Shown piece after piece: positions 33,544 through 45,157 of a stretch of DNA of 64,000 bases; within the stretch, counting starts at the first letter, position 1, and every line of letters begins with the position of its first letter. The translations under genes were made by a program, and so were the position numbers. This DNA comes from Naegleria gruberi (lineage: Eukaryota), in assembly GCA_000004985.1 (NCBI GenBank), contig GG738867.1, one strand, 5' to 3'. Under the pieces are notes generated by a model that was given only the letters and a program-made list of their open reading frames with translations, did not search any database and was not told the DNA's origin.

Positions 33544-33946
33544 ACAAAAGATTGAAATTGACCTAATTTGTGCAGTGCCGGCAATAATTCCATGTAGTCC
33601 ATTATTTGCATTCCTCTGTGACAATTTTCAAAAACAATTCCACAACATTATTTCACACCTGCCAACCTTCAACCCATCAATCCAATTTTTTACATTTTCC
33701 TTTGTTGAACTTCCTTTTCCACAAAACTCTTTCAACCACCAAAATTAAACGTTAAAACAAATCATCACTATTTTCAAAAAAAAATATGGTCAATTCTGAT
33801 TTGTGAATCTTCATCATACAACAACAATAACAATAAGAATAACAATCTTCAGCATACAACAAGAGAAACGCAAAATTTTCTTTTCAAACACACTCTGAAA
33901 ACCGCACAACAGCAACAACAGCAGCACCAAAATACATTAAATTCCG

Positions 33947-33959
33947 TTGGGCGGGAAAT
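33947..33959. promoter_or_regulatory. E2F-like element TTGGGCGGGAAAT about 150 bp upstream of the kinase ATG at 34110
   Basis: GGCGGGAAA core. Confidence 0.3.
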
Positions 33960-34109
33960 CTTTTGGATTTTAATTCGCTAATTCACAATTCATCATCATC
34001 ATTATCCATTAACTATATAATTTATATTTATTTCTCTATATATTTGATTATTGTTTTCATAAATAATTCTTCATCATTAGACCGGAAAATAGTAAATAAT
34101 TTTCAAATC

Positions 34110-37100
34110 ATGGCATCAAGTGATGTTCCAATTGAAAACAACCATATATCAACAACAACAACATGGGGAAGTGCTGCTACTAATACAATAACATCAACTC
34201 CAAGACTATTGCCGAAACCTCCAGTAACACCAAGAGGAAGTACAAAGGGAAGTTTGACACCATTAACAACGACAACAACAACCACCACTACTCCAAATAG
34301 TACTATTGCTAATGTTGTTAATGTAGGGAAACAACCTCCTCCAATTACAAATATTATTAGAAATCGAATAGAATTGGAGGAAAGAGAAAAGGAAAATCAA
34401 CAAAATATTCATTTATCATCACCGTTAACATCACCATCATCAATGCATAATAGTAATACTAATAGCTATTCGAATGAATATGAAAATTCCTCATACCTTT
34501 TCCAAGATGAAGTTGAAGAATATAAAACACCACCCAAACAATCGAGCACATCAACTCCCACAACAGAATCTTCATCTGCACTTCCTCCTCCTCCACCTTC
34601 TCTTCCATCATCAATGTCTAAATTGGCTTTAAAGAATGGAAAGATCAATAATAATTATCAGAAAGTAGTGACGACCACCATGATGAGTCCTCCACCTCCT
34701 CCACCAATAACAGTGGTGAGGAATGCACCTATTGCTACAATAGCTAGTACTGCATCACCAACAGTTTCGAATAGTAGTAATACTACACAACCAGAATCAC
34801 CTCGATTGGAAAGATACAAACCACTTCCTTCTGTTGCTAAATATAAGAGAGATTCAGTGGTAATTGCTAATTTGGCCAGTTTACCACCTCCTCAAATAAG
34901 TGATATGAAAGCATTCCTTGATATTTATGACAATAAGATACTAATTGTTGATTCGAGAGCATTTAGTGGCAGTAAAACTGTTAGTGAGCAATTAATATCA
35001 AGATTCACATTACGTACATTGACCATTGACAGCATTTTAGGAAGGGGCTGTTCGGGATGTGTCTATTTATGTAGTGAGAATGGAGAAAAGTTGGCTGTAA
35101 AGATTGTCACTCCAACTGCTACTTTTGCACCTAATGTAAAAGCAGAGTATGAACTAATGAGGTCATTGAATCATGATAGTATCATGAAAGTCCATGATTA
35201 TTTTGAAATGTTAACCTCACTTCAACCTGGATCTTTATTTACAATGAAATATTATGAAAATGGAGATTTGAGAAGATTAATTGAGGATTTTGAAAAGAAG
35301 GAAAAGAAAATCTCTATTCATGTATGTATTTTTTATAATTTTTAATGTAATGTGGATTTACCTTTGAATGAAAATTGAAACAAACAGTTGATTTATGATT
35401 TCATTTATCAAATGGCTAGCTCTTTAAATTTTATTCACACTCAAAAAATAATTCACCGAGATTTGGTATGTTTTAAAATTAATCAATTTCATAACCATTT
35501 CATCAATAGAAAGTAAGTTTCCTCTTTTGTTCCTCTTACTAAATTTGATTAATAGCCTGAAAATATTTTTATGGAAAAACAAACAGATCACACTTGTAAA
35601 ATAGTATTGGGAGATTTTGGATTGGCTAAAACTATACAACAATCACATGGACTCTATTCGATTGTTGGAACAATGAATTACCTTTCTCCTGAAATTGTAA
35701 ATAATTCTGAATACGGAGCAGAAACTGATATATGGAGTTTTGGTGTTGTCTGTTACGAGTTAATGACCTTAAAGAGTAAGCAAGTTGAAAGAGTGGTTAC
35801 ACTCCGCCAACAAGGAGCTCTCGTCAATGACATGCTCAACAGATATCCTCAAGAGGTTACCATGATCGAGTTGATTGTTCAAATGTTGAACAAGAATCCC
35901 TCTGATAGACCATCAGCGGATGAAATTCTCAAACAACCATGCATGAAACACTTTATTGAAATGAAGAAAGTGTGTGAACATATTGTACAGAAGCTTACTG
36001 AAAGTTTGGCTTATTTCCAGAAAAATTACGAGTTTGAAAAATGTGTACAGATCAAAGATCTTCTACAGAGTATTAGTCAACTGAGAGCAGAGTCCTGTGA
36101 TTCGAGTAGACTCAGGATATCACTCTTCAATGCATATACATTCTTGGAAGAAAAATTACCTGAAAATATTGACCTAAAACCAACTAAACCAAAGGTCAAT
36201 TTGGCTTCCTCTCCAGAAAAGCAAATAACTACCAAGAGAAGATCTAATACCAAAGCTGGTGTAACAAGTCCATCTAATCAAAATCCTCCATCATCCAATA
36301 CAACAATAACTACCACCACCAATAATCAACCTAACTTTAGAGTAACCATCTCAGGAGATGAGGAATTTTCACATCATTCTGAGGAATCTGAAAATTCCTC
36401 TGGTTCCACCGATAGTTCAACTGCTGTCAAGAAAAACTCCAATGCAAATAGTTTAGAGCTCGAAGATCCAAATATTATTAGAAAGAGGTCATCCTCTCGT
36501 AATACTATTATAAATCAAATCAAGGGATGGGTTGGTTATGGAACAGAAAAGGAGAAAAGCTTTAGACAAACTGTGGTAATTAAGCCACCAGATCCAAACA
36601 AGTTCCAACACAGCCATCACATTGGAGTGGACGATAGAAATAGAGTGAGTGGAAATTATCCAAAAGATTTTGATTCAGTCTTACAAGACATGCATATGGA
36701 ACCAGTAGAAAGCCCAATTGTTGAAACTCCCACTCCTGTCATTAAAGAAGGAGAAGAGGAAGAAGAAATTAAACCAAGACTACACAGAAGATCAACAAGT
36801 CTATTCGAAAAGCCATCCCTCAATCAATCTCTAGATGAGATTACAACAGTCGCGAGTCCAACCAAACAACGTAGCTCGACTGTGAAAAGTAGTAATAGCC
36901 CTGTACCACCAGTGGAGATTTTAAAAGATCCTCCAAACTCACCACCAAGTACAACAACTCCTTCGACACCCTCTAACTCTGAAATACTCAAAATTTCTCC
37001 ACGATTTGGAAAGGCTGGAAAGTTAGAAGTCAGTCCAACTCCATTCGAAATTACTGGTACTCCTGTAAAATCTCCAAACACACAAAATGGTGTGGAAATT

Positions 37101-37214
37101 CCAAGTATTGGAGGTGCATTCAAACTCATCTCTGACCGAAGACAACAAGATATCATTGAAAAGAATATTGAAGAAGCTTGTAGCTCACCAACAGTTTCAA
37201 GAAGACGAAGGTAA
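34110..37214 (+). CDS. NEK-like Ser/Thr protein kinase with a long Ser/Thr/Pro-rich C-terminal tail; 3 exons plus a putative 3-nt micro-exon
   Basis: Exons 34110-35321, 35388-35465, [35510-35512], 35556-37214. Motifs GRGCSGCVYLC, LAVKIV, HRDL(K)PENIF, DFGLAKT, GTMNYLSPE and DIWSFGVVCYELMT. Introns carry GTATGT or GTAAGT donors. The first ORF's listed start is upstream of the ATG, and the true start MASSDVP is at 34110. Confidence 0.7.
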
Positions 37215-37321
37215 AATAATAAACTATGATGACTGTTTCCAATAATTGTTAAACAACAATCCAAGAAATTTCAATAATTAAGAAAGGTTTTATTAATTCT
37301 TACATTACTAAAATCCAAGTC

Positions 37322-38209
37322 TTAAATATCATCGTTAGAAATGAGATTCTCCTTATTATTGTCACTCATTATTTCATCGTCTGAATTTTGATCTACAGCA
37401 GCAAAATCCTCATCAGTTGCATACAGTATCTTTTGCATATCTCTCATAAAGGTGAGTTGTTCCTGTGAAGCAGATTGATTATCTTCAATGGCTTGTGTAT
37501 ATAATTCAATGTCTCTGAGTTTTTGGAAGTAAAAGTCTCTTTCTCTCTCTAGGTTTTCAATTCTTAGTTGCATCATTGATAAAGAGGATTTTGGAGGGGC
37601 TGCTATCTTCTTCTCTATTTGAGTTCTAGCTCCTCCCCTTGTTGTGTTTACATTTCTAACGTTATTCATCTTATTGGTTGATGTTGTACTATTTATAGAG
37701 GTATTAAGGTTGTTGGTTGGTTTTCTTTGTGATATTGATGATGATACAGAGAGTGTACTAGTATTTGTTTGTGATGATCCTGCAATGGTTGTTGTTGTTT
37801 TTGTTGTTTGTCTATATTCCTTGATGGCAGCCTTTCTTTTCGAAACGGCATCATATCCAGCGTCTGTGCCTTCATTCAATTTGTCGTCATAGAACTTTTT
37901 AAGCCACTGTAGAAATTCTAAATTATCTTGATATTTTCCTCTAATTAATTTGTTAACTTCTATCACCTTCGGAATGTTCAGCTTGGTGAATACACTCTGT
38001 AGAATTTTATAATTTTTAATATATTCATAATCAAACTTGGCTTCAAAGTTTACTTTGGACATTGGTACAACTCCCGGAAAGAGACTATCTACTATTTGGC
38101 AAGCACAAGCTCCTGTACATGTTTGTTCTATACGTTCATATCCAAAACCGAACGATTCATTGATCCACTGCAGTAACTCCTTTCTTCCCATATGATAAGC
38201 GTCGGTCAT
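37322..38209 (-). CDS. EB1: Microtubule plus-end binding protein EB1 (calponin-homology domain plus EB1 C-terminal dimerisation motif)
   Basis: The N-terminal RKELLQWINESFGFGYERIEQTCTGACACQIVDSLFPGVVPMSKVNF…LQWLKKFYD is the EB1 CH domain. The C-terminal …ERDFYFQKLRDIELYTQ is the EB1 motif. Confidence 0.85.
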   Translation of the reverse strand: MTDAYHMGRKELLQWINESFGFGYERIEQTCTGACACQIVDSLFPGVVPMSKVNFEAKFDYEYIKNYKILQSVFTKLNIPKVIEVNKLIRGKYQDNLEFLQWLKKFYDDKLNEGTDAGYDAVSKRKAAIKEYRQTTKTTTTIAGSSQTNTSTLSVSSSISQRKPTNNLNTSINSTTSTNKMNNVRNVNTTRGGARTQIEKKIAAPPKSSLSMMQLRIENLERERDFYFQKLRDIELYTQAIEDNQSASQEQLTFMRDMQKILYATDEDFAAVDQNSDDEIMSDNNKENLISNDDI

Positions 38210-38268
38210 GTTGATTGGTAGTTATGATGATATTTTTTTTTTTGAAACTCTTCTTTTGCTAACTGTTC

Positions 38269-38282
38269 ATTTTGGCGCGAAA
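38269..38282. promoter_or_regulatory. E2F-like palindrome TTTTGGCGCGAAAA about 60 bp upstream of the EB1 ATG
   Basis: Perfect TTTGGCGCGAAA. Confidence 0.4.
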
Positions 38283-38615
38283 AGAAGCCTCCCTGTAATT
38301 TCTTCATTCACTTTGTTTGAAAACAATACTAGATGATTATTCTGAAACAGTTTATTACTTATTAATATTTCTTTGTTATTATGAAAGGTCATCTTCTGTG
38401 TGAGAATTTTAAAATTAGAAATGAACGTTAGGAATAACAATTCACCTTATTGCATCTTTTAATTTTTAATTATTTTAAAAAAATTATCGTTAAGAAACGC
38501 CCTAGTGGTATTAAGCCGAGTCGACTTCACACTTTTGAAGACCGTTGTACATATATAATAGTAACATTAATCTAATACAACAATCATTGTATAATAATCT
38601 AGGTAATTAATCATC

Positions 38616-40457
38616 ATGTCTTCGATGCCTCCGTTCGTGAAACAAAATTCAACCTCAAGCGTTTCATCATCTTCAGCTCCTAAAGCCTCAAAGCCATCAT
38701 TTAGGGAAAGATATCAATTGGATTCACCTTCTTCATCCCCTAGGACACCAACAACAATTGGAGAAGATGGATTTAATTCTACTGTTTCTGTTGAAGAAAC
38801 AAGATCGCCTTCCAACATTGTTTCGGCGGTAACATCATCAAAGGCAAGAATTATGGCTTTGCAAGAGGTTTTGCTCTCAAGAAAAGAAAAGGATAGAAGT
38901 GAATCACCAGCTGGTGAACAAAGAAAAACTCCATTTTCTATGGATTTTGAGAATAGATCGTCACCAAGAGTCTCTCCAAGAAATGTCTTTGACAACACTA
39001 AGGAGACAACTCCTACTATTGCCGTAACTTCATCATCGAATGTATTTACAGTACAAGGAGGTGAAGAGGGGAATAAGGTGGAAGTAAGTCAAGATCCAGT
39101 GCAAGCACATTTGGACAGAATTATGAATAGAAGAAAGGAAAGAGTTGTGACACAACCTGAACCAACGCAACCAGTAATGGATACCCCAAAGAGAGAACAA
39201 GAAACAAATGACAAGTTACAAGCAATTTTCGAAAGAAGAAAGAATAGAGAAGATAAATTGGAACAAATATTAATTGGAGAAGATTCTAACTCATCAGAAG
39301 ATGCTTCATCTGCATCAGGAGACATTATGAATGAATTCTTGAAACGAAGTGTTGAGAATAGCAGAGAATCATCACCAGTTCCAACCTCAACTTCTGATCC
39401 ATCAAAGATATCAGATCCAAAAATTCCAATGTCTGAAGCTACTTACAATCAACCAGAACCTAGAGAAAATATTCAACCAAAAATTGTTGAACCACCAGCA
39501 AGAGCAGTGGAAGATAGAAGAGATCTCACACCAACATTGCATCTGGATCATTTGAAATCATCTCCAATGCGTGGATCCCCTAAGATGCTTAGATTCAAGG
39601 AAGAAGATGAAATTTCCAGGCCAATTGAAGCACTTCCACATAATGTATCATTGTGGAGAATAACTGGAGAAAGATGGAAACTCTACAATGTTTCTTCGTT
39701 CCTTTCCAAAGAGTCGATGGCAATATTGTCGAATAGAACAACAGAACAACCAAATAATTTCGATGCCTTCTTTAATGAGACAGACACTGACCAAGGTGAA
39801 AGCTATCCTCACTACCAAAAAGCTCTTCAAAATCCATATCCTTCTTATCCATACGATCCTAAACCTGTCAGCAATCCATTTTCTTCTGAATTGAATTCCC
39901 CACAACCAAGAATGTTCAAATTCAGAAATCTTGATGATTTATTCCAAGCATCTTTTGAAGTTCCAACAGAAAATGGCATTGGAAAGAGACAGGCATTTAG
40001 AGCTGATTTGAATGGTAACTTTTTGAGATGTCTCAAAACTAATCAAGTTTTCAATCAATTTTTATCTATCGAAGAAGAAATTCTGAATAGATTGATAACA
40101 GGAAAGGAAGTTCTTAAAAACACTCCAAAAGGAAAGGTACACAAGAGATACCTTTTTATTGATCCAAAGAATAAGGAATTGGTATGGAGCGAAAATGAAA
40201 AGAAAAAGACTGGACTTGCTCGTGCTTCAAGAAGAATCAAATTGGCCGATATCACCCAATTGAAAGCATTGGAAATGACAATGGATCAAGCAAGAGTTAT
40301 GAAGATTGCAGTTCCATACGATAAGAAGCCATTTGGTTTGGTTATTGTATCACGAACAAGAACTGCTGAATTTATTGCAACAGAGAAACCATCCGAATTC
40401 CTTGCTATAGTAGTTGCCATTGCTTTAGCAGCTCACAAATATGGAACAACAATTTAA
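38616..40457 (+). CDS. Ser/Pro-rich protein with a C-terminal PH-like domain
   Basis: 613 aa with an ATG start. C-terminal …KGKVHKRYLFIDPKNKELVWSENEKKK…RIKLADITQ…PFGLVIVSRTRTAEFIA resembles a PH domain. The N-terminus is low-complexity. Confidence 0.5.
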   Translation: MSSMPPFVKQNSTSSVSSSSAPKASKPSFRERYQLDSPSSSPRTPTTIGEDGFNSTVSVEETRSPSNIVSAVTSSKARIMALQEVLLSRKEKDRSESPAGEQRKTPFSMDFENRSSPRVSPRNVFDNTKETTPTIAVTSSSNVFTVQGGEEGNKVEVSQDPVQAHLDRIMNRRKERVVTQPEPTQPVMDTPKREQETNDKLQAIFERRKNREDKLEQILIGEDSNSSEDASSASGDIMNEFLKRSVENSRESSPVPTSTSDPSKISDPKIPMSEATYNQPEPRENIQPKIVEPPARAVEDRRDLTPTLHLDHLKSSPMRGSPKMLRFKEEDEISRPIEALPHNVSLWRITGERWKLYNVSSFLSKESMAILSNRTTEQPNNFDAFFNETDTDQGESYPHYQKALQNPYPSYPYDPKPVSNPFSSELNSPQPRMFKFRNLDDLFQASFEVPTENGIGKRQAFRADLNGNFLRCLKTNQVFNQFLSIEEEILNRLITGKEVLKNTPKGKVHKRYLFIDPKNKELVWSENEKKKTGLARASRRIKLADITQLKALEMTMDQARVMKIAVPYDKKPFGLVIVSRTRTAEFIATEKPSEFLAIVVAIALAAHKYGTTI

Positions 40458-40542
40458 ATAAATTAACAATTATTCATCATTTTCTTCAATTAATTTGTAA
40501 TAATAACGGTCTTATTGTTCCCAAAAAAACTATTAATAAAAA

Positions 40543-41700
40543 ATGATTAATAATCGTGATGATCCTATTCTGAAGGAGGAAGAGATTGAAACTCTCTCTG
40601 ATTTGGATGAATTAGATGAATTGGACAATACACAAATTTTAGAACAATTTCTCTCCTTGTTGGAAGTTTACGAGAATTGTCTGAGTAATATTGCAAAATT
40701 ATTGGAGTACGTTGGAAAGAATAGTGCTGATTCGCTCTCAATTCGGAAGGATATTAAACATGAGAAGGATTTTGCACTCTCGCTCTCAAAGGATCTACAC
40801 GAATTATTATATGTTCATAATTCATACATTACCGAACATCATAATAATCACGTTGTTCGTTACAAGAAGAAAATGCAAGAATTGAATATTCTCTTTCAAA
40901 GATTTAAAGATTTGGAAAAGCAATATCCAGCATCGAACCTACCCGAAACAACCTCATCTACAAGTTACTACTCTCTAACTCCAGTCTATAAGAAATTATC
41001 AGGTTACATTTTCAAACAAGATGAAACTACCCATTTAGAGGAAGAATTGTTAAAACAACATGGAATTCATGATGATATGGAAATGTCTCACGATAAATTA
41101 GATGAATTGAAAAATGATTTGAAAGAATTGGTTTCAGTTTTTGAAACTCTTGAAGAAAGTTCCACAAAGAAGGATAAGAGAAAGAATAATCACTCTTCTT
41201 CTACAAGTATAGATGTAAATAATCACCCACAATCATCAACAAATAACAATAATAACCACTCGAGCAATAATCAAAGCACTGCTTCATCTTCTACTTCTGC
41301 ATCTCAAACCAGTAATGGTGCTTATTATGGAGCTGCTGTTGTAAGCTTGGGATTATTGGCTGGATCTCTAATTGGTGGACCTGTAGGAATGTACGTTGGA
41401 GGAAAATTAGGAGCTAGTATAATGACAACAGCTAGTTTGGGGAGTGGTATTGGTATGATTGGAAGTGGTCTACTCTTAGCAGGAAAGGGATATTTCTCTA
41501 GGCAAGAGAAACAACCACCAACTGAAATTGTAGCCACCACAACTACAAACAATCTTGATGCTTCATCCTCTACTACTATTATTGTGAATGGAACTACTAC
41601 TGAAAATAATGAACATTCTGAAAAGTCAGCAGAAGAAACAACTCCAAACACTCCACAAGATGAAAATTCCACTACTGAGGAAAGCAAAAAAGACAAGTAA
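40543..41700 (+). CDS. Hypothetical membrane protein with a Gly-zipper TM segment
   Basis: 385 aa. It has coiled-coil-like N-terminal and middle regions, then AYYGAAVVSLGLLAGSLIGGPVGMYVGGKLGASIMTTASLGSGIGMIGSGLLLAG, then a Thr-rich tail. Confidence 0.5.
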   Translation: MINNRDDPILKEEEIETLSDLDELDELDNTQILEQFLSLLEVYENCLSNIAKLLEYVGKNSADSLSIRKDIKHEKDFALSLSKDLHELLYVHNSYITEHHNNHVVRYKKKMQELNILFQRFKDLEKQYPASNLPETTSSTSYYSLTPVYKKLSGYIFKQDETTHLEEELLKQHGIHDDMEMSHDKLDELKNDLKELVSVFETLEESSTKKDKRKNNHSSSTSIDVNNHPQSSTNNNNNHSSNNQSTASSSTSASQTSNGAYYGAAVVSLGLLAGSLIGGPVGMYVGGKLGASIMTTASLGSGIGMIGSGLLLAGKGYFSRQEKQPPTEIVATTTTNNLDASSSTTIIVNGTTTENNEHSEKSAEETTPNTPQDENSTTEESKKDK

Positions 41701-42137
41701 TGTATCATATGTATAGTATGCACCACCTTGTAAATATATTCTAACTATTAATAAACGTTAAATGGCATGTATTGATGAATATTAAGGTAAATATTATATA
41801 ATTATTTGAATAAATTGATTTCCAATGTTGTGAATTTCAATATTGAACTTAAATAGAAAGCAGCTTTTACAATTGTGAGTCATACAGAAGGTATTAAACA
41901 GATGGTGTGCAACTGTTAATATCTTCCAAACTATTAGCACTTTGTTTTCCTTAGTTTCGAATAACATTTCCAAGTTCAATTGTCAATTTAGAACCTTAGG
42001 TCTTGACCTATGAAATTTAGAAACCAAACCAAACTTTCTAAAAATAACAACTTAAAAAAATTCCTTCACTTCTCCCTCAAAATTCCATCACCAATACACT
42101 TTTCCTCAGCACCCTCAGAGAGAGTTTGAGAAAGTAG

Positions 42138-43577
42138 ATGACAACGACAATACTACATACAACAAGCACCACCACCACTGCTGCTAGTAACAACAATAAG
42201 GGTAATATTGATAAAACTGCTAATCTAATAAGTGAGGTTTTGTGTTCAGTTATCGGAGGAGGATCATCGAGAAGTACTATGGGTAATACAATGAAAGAGG
42301 AAGGTTCATCTTCTTCTACATCCTTAGTAGGAGGATCGTCGGTTTATATAAGTGATGAGGGGGTTTCGAATTTGAGCCATTATAAACCCTCATCACAATT
42401 GGATTATTCATTTATTTCAAAGATTTTGAATCCGTATTGGAATTATGTTGCTACATTGTTTCCTGATTGGATGGCACCGAATACAATTACTCTGATTGGA
42501 TTTTTGGCTGTTGTTTTTACATTTCTTGCAACAATTTATACGAATGATAGTGCAGAGCATCGTTGGATTTATCTGATGAATGCAATTGCATTGTTTTGGT
42601 ATCAAACAATGGATGCTTGTGATGGAAAACATGCCAGAAGAACACAAACTTCTTCACCTCTTGGAGAATTATTCGATCATGGTTGTGATTCAATTAATTC
42701 TCTAATGCAAACAGTGTTGGCTTTGGCTGCAATGCAATTATTGAATGTGGATGATGCTTGGATTTGTTTTGTAACATTGTTAACTGTAACTGCCATGTTT
42801 TACATTTCAATTTGGCAACAGTACCATACTGCAGTATTGAATTTTCAAAACTTTTCTGGACCAACCGAGGGTCAATTTGTAGTCATGATTGTCAACTTGG
42901 TTGTATTTGCATTCGGACCTATTGTATTCAATGATAACTTGATTCACTTGATTCTAGGTAATGTGGACGAATCCAGTATGTTGTATAGTTTGTCGAAGAG
43001 CGAGTTTGTCAAATTGAAGTATATTATCATTTTTGGAGTCAATGTGTCTACCATTACTGGAGTATTCCAATGTTTAAGAGATACAATCCAGTCAATTAAC
43101 AATACACATGATTTGGAAAATTCAAATGGACAAGAAAAGAGAATGAACAAAACTCCTGTTTTTAAATCTCTCTGTTCCTACCTAGTGTTTGCTTTGGTAT
43201 TTACCGTTTGGATTCTCATATCTGGTAGTAAGCAAACGTTGGAAAGAAATCTCTTGTCGGTTCTCTATTCCTACGGCATGTTTCATGCATACATAGTAAC
43301 AAGGACCATATTGGCCAGAGTTTGTGATATGACCATTCCAACTCTTATGCCAGTTCTGTATTTCCTAATTGTTGGATTGTTGAACACCCTATTTGGAATT
43401 ATGAAAGGAGGAAATGCCATTCTAGATGAAGGATTATATTTGAATATTTTGGTCATTGTGACCACTATTATGTATACTCATCTGGCCTATGATGTCATTT
43501 CCACATTAACTGCACACTTGGGAATTTATTGTTTTAGTGTGCAAAAAAGGAATCCAATCAATCCAACCTCAAAATAA
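42138..43577 (+). CDS. CDP-alcohol phosphotransferase, choline/ethanolamine phosphotransferase-like (CPT1/EPT1 family)
   Basis: DACDGKHARRTQTSSPLGELFDHGCDSINSLM matches D-G-x2-A-R-x8-G-x3-D-x3-D. The protein is multi-pass hydrophobic and starts with an ATG. Confidence 0.85.
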   Translation: MTTTILHTTSTTTTAASNNNKGNIDKTANLISEVLCSVIGGGSSRSTMGNTMKEEGSSSSTSLVGGSSVYISDEGVSNLSHYKPSSQLDYSFISKILNPYWNYVATLFPDWMAPNTITLIGFLAVVFTFLATIYTNDSAEHRWIYLMNAIALFWYQTMDACDGKHARRTQTSSPLGELFDHGCDSINSLMQTVLALAAMQLLNVDDAWICFVTLLTVTAMFYISIWQQYHTAVLNFQNFSGPTEGQFVVMIVNLVVFAFGPIVFNDNLIHLILGNVDESSMLYSLSKSEFVKLKYIIIFGVNVSTITGVFQCLRDTIQSINNTHDLENSNGQEKRMNKTPVFKSLCSYLVFALVFTVWILISGSKQTLERNLLSVLYSYGMFHAYIVTRTILARVCDMTIPTLMPVLYFLIVGLLNTLFGIMKGGNAILDEGLYLNILVIVTTIMYTHLAYDVISTLTAHLGIYCFSVQKRNPINPTSK

Positions 43578-43744
43578 CTTGAATCTGAATTGATTTTGTA
43601 AATAGCAATGTAAAAAAGAAACCAACCTTAATTTATTAAATTCTAAGATTTTTAAAATATATTTTTAATTAAACTTTTTAATTATTGAAAAAATAAGGTG
43701 ATCTAATCGTGCCTTACCTTATCTTAATTGATTTTTACTGTACA

Positions 43745-43817
43745 TCCCCCTTAGCTCAGTCGGTAGAGCGTCAGACTGTTAATCTGCAGGTCGGTGGTTC
43801 GAGCCCACCAGGGGGAG
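43745..43817 (+). tRNA. tRNA-Asn (anticodon GTT)
   Basis: TCCCCCTTAGCTCAGTCGGTAGAGCGTCAGACTGTTAATCTGCAGGTCGGTGGTTCGAGCCCACCAGGGGGAG. There is perfect 7-bp acceptor pairing. The anticodon loop is CTGTTAA, the T-loop is GGTTCGAGCC, and a T-run follows downstream. Confidence 0.85.
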
Positions 43818-44063
43818 ATACTTTTGTTCCTATTTGAATGGCTGTGCTATGGTTGTTCCTTTTTCCCAATCCTGTATATTCTCCTCGCCTACTTGTACCT
43901 TTGTTTTAAACTTTGATTAAGAATTGTTTTAAAGAATCCAAATTTTTCAACTTTCTTTTCTTTGAGAATATTTGTTAGTGGCATTGAAAAATGTAAAAAG
44001 TAGAATTGCACTTTTTCAAATTCATCCAAACATTTGGAAATTGATTTAATCAAAGTTTAAAAA

Positions 44064-45026
44064 ATGGAGCAACATGGTGGAGGGGAAAATGTTGTGTTTT
44101 GCTTGATCGATTTTTTCAAGACACCTTCATCATCATCATCGGAATCAAACAATAATTCATCACCATTACAAAATTATTTAAAACAAAAATTTAGAGAACC
44201 AACCAAGATGGAATATTCTGGTCGATTTATTATAGAAAAGATCATTGATTTTGAAAATACTTTTTATAATTTTGTAATTGTAAGAGAGTACAATTTATTA
44301 ATGATTATATTTGGTAATGGAGAAGTGAAATTTTTGGATTTGGATTCGTATATTGTGGTTCTTTCTCTTAATGTTGGCAAAGGGTTGAAAACTGTAACTT
44401 TGGAAAGAGCAATACCTTCTCAATTGAGTGTTATACTTGGAGCTTCAAATGACATTCTTCTCAAGTACGATTTAAAGAAAATATTGGAGGAAAAGCTTAC
44501 AAATGATTCACTTTCAACAGCTCTAATTTGGGAAAAAACAATTGATTGTGAATTTCTTTGGGGAATTGGCTCGATGGAAAATCAGATATTTGTAATAGAT
44601 TATAATAATGATGCTATTCGTGTCTATGATTCAAAAACTGGAGACAGTGTGTTGAGAATTTTGCCTGGATTTAATAATTTAGTTGACCTAAAGTTTTTAC
44701 CAAATGGTGATTTGATTGCTTGTGGAAATAAGTTTGTTGGACTATTTAAAAAAGATGAGAATGGAGAATGGAAAGTACACAAAAAAGTTCACTCAACTGA
44801 AAATGAACTTAATCGATGTTTTGCAATCTATTATGAAGAGAAATCAGAAAAGATTTATATCAGTGATGCTGATGGTAGTGTTTGTGTGTTTTCAAAAGAT
44901 TTAGTACAGCTCTCAAAACACAAGCTTGAAGAATTTAATGATAATTATTGCCTAGTCGTTAATGAAAAGAATGGGAAAATGTTAATTTCCAATTCTGGTA
45001 AAATGCAATTACTAATCCTGAATTAA
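44064..45026 (+). CDS. Hypothetical protein, possibly beta-propeller/NHL-like
   Basis: 320 aa with an ATG start. Repeated …IYISD.DGSV.VF… / …IRVYDSKTGDSV… strand-like motifs. Weak assignment. Confidence 0.45.
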   Translation: MEQHGGGENVVFCLIDFFKTPSSSSSESNNNSSPLQNYLKQKFREPTKMEYSGRFIIEKIIDFENTFYNFVIVREYNLLMIIFGNGEVKFLDLDSYIVVLSLNVGKGLKTVTLERAIPSQLSVILGASNDILLKYDLKKILEEKLTNDSLSTALIWEKTIDCEFLWGIGSMENQIFVIDYNNDAIRVYDSKTGDSVLRILPGFNNLVDLKFLPNGDLIACGNKFVGLFKKDENGEWKVHKKVHSTENELNRCFAIYYEEKSEKIYISDADGSVCVFSKDLVQLSKHKLEEFNDNYCLVVNEKNGKMLISNSGKMQLLILN

Positions 45027-45157
45027 ACCTTAATTATGAATTAATAGGAATACTAAATGGAATAAAAATCAAATTGTTGAACTCCTCTTGAATATCATTC
45101 GTGGTTTATTTACTAACTATTTTTAGTAAATCAGACATTTAAATTCTATTGATAACA

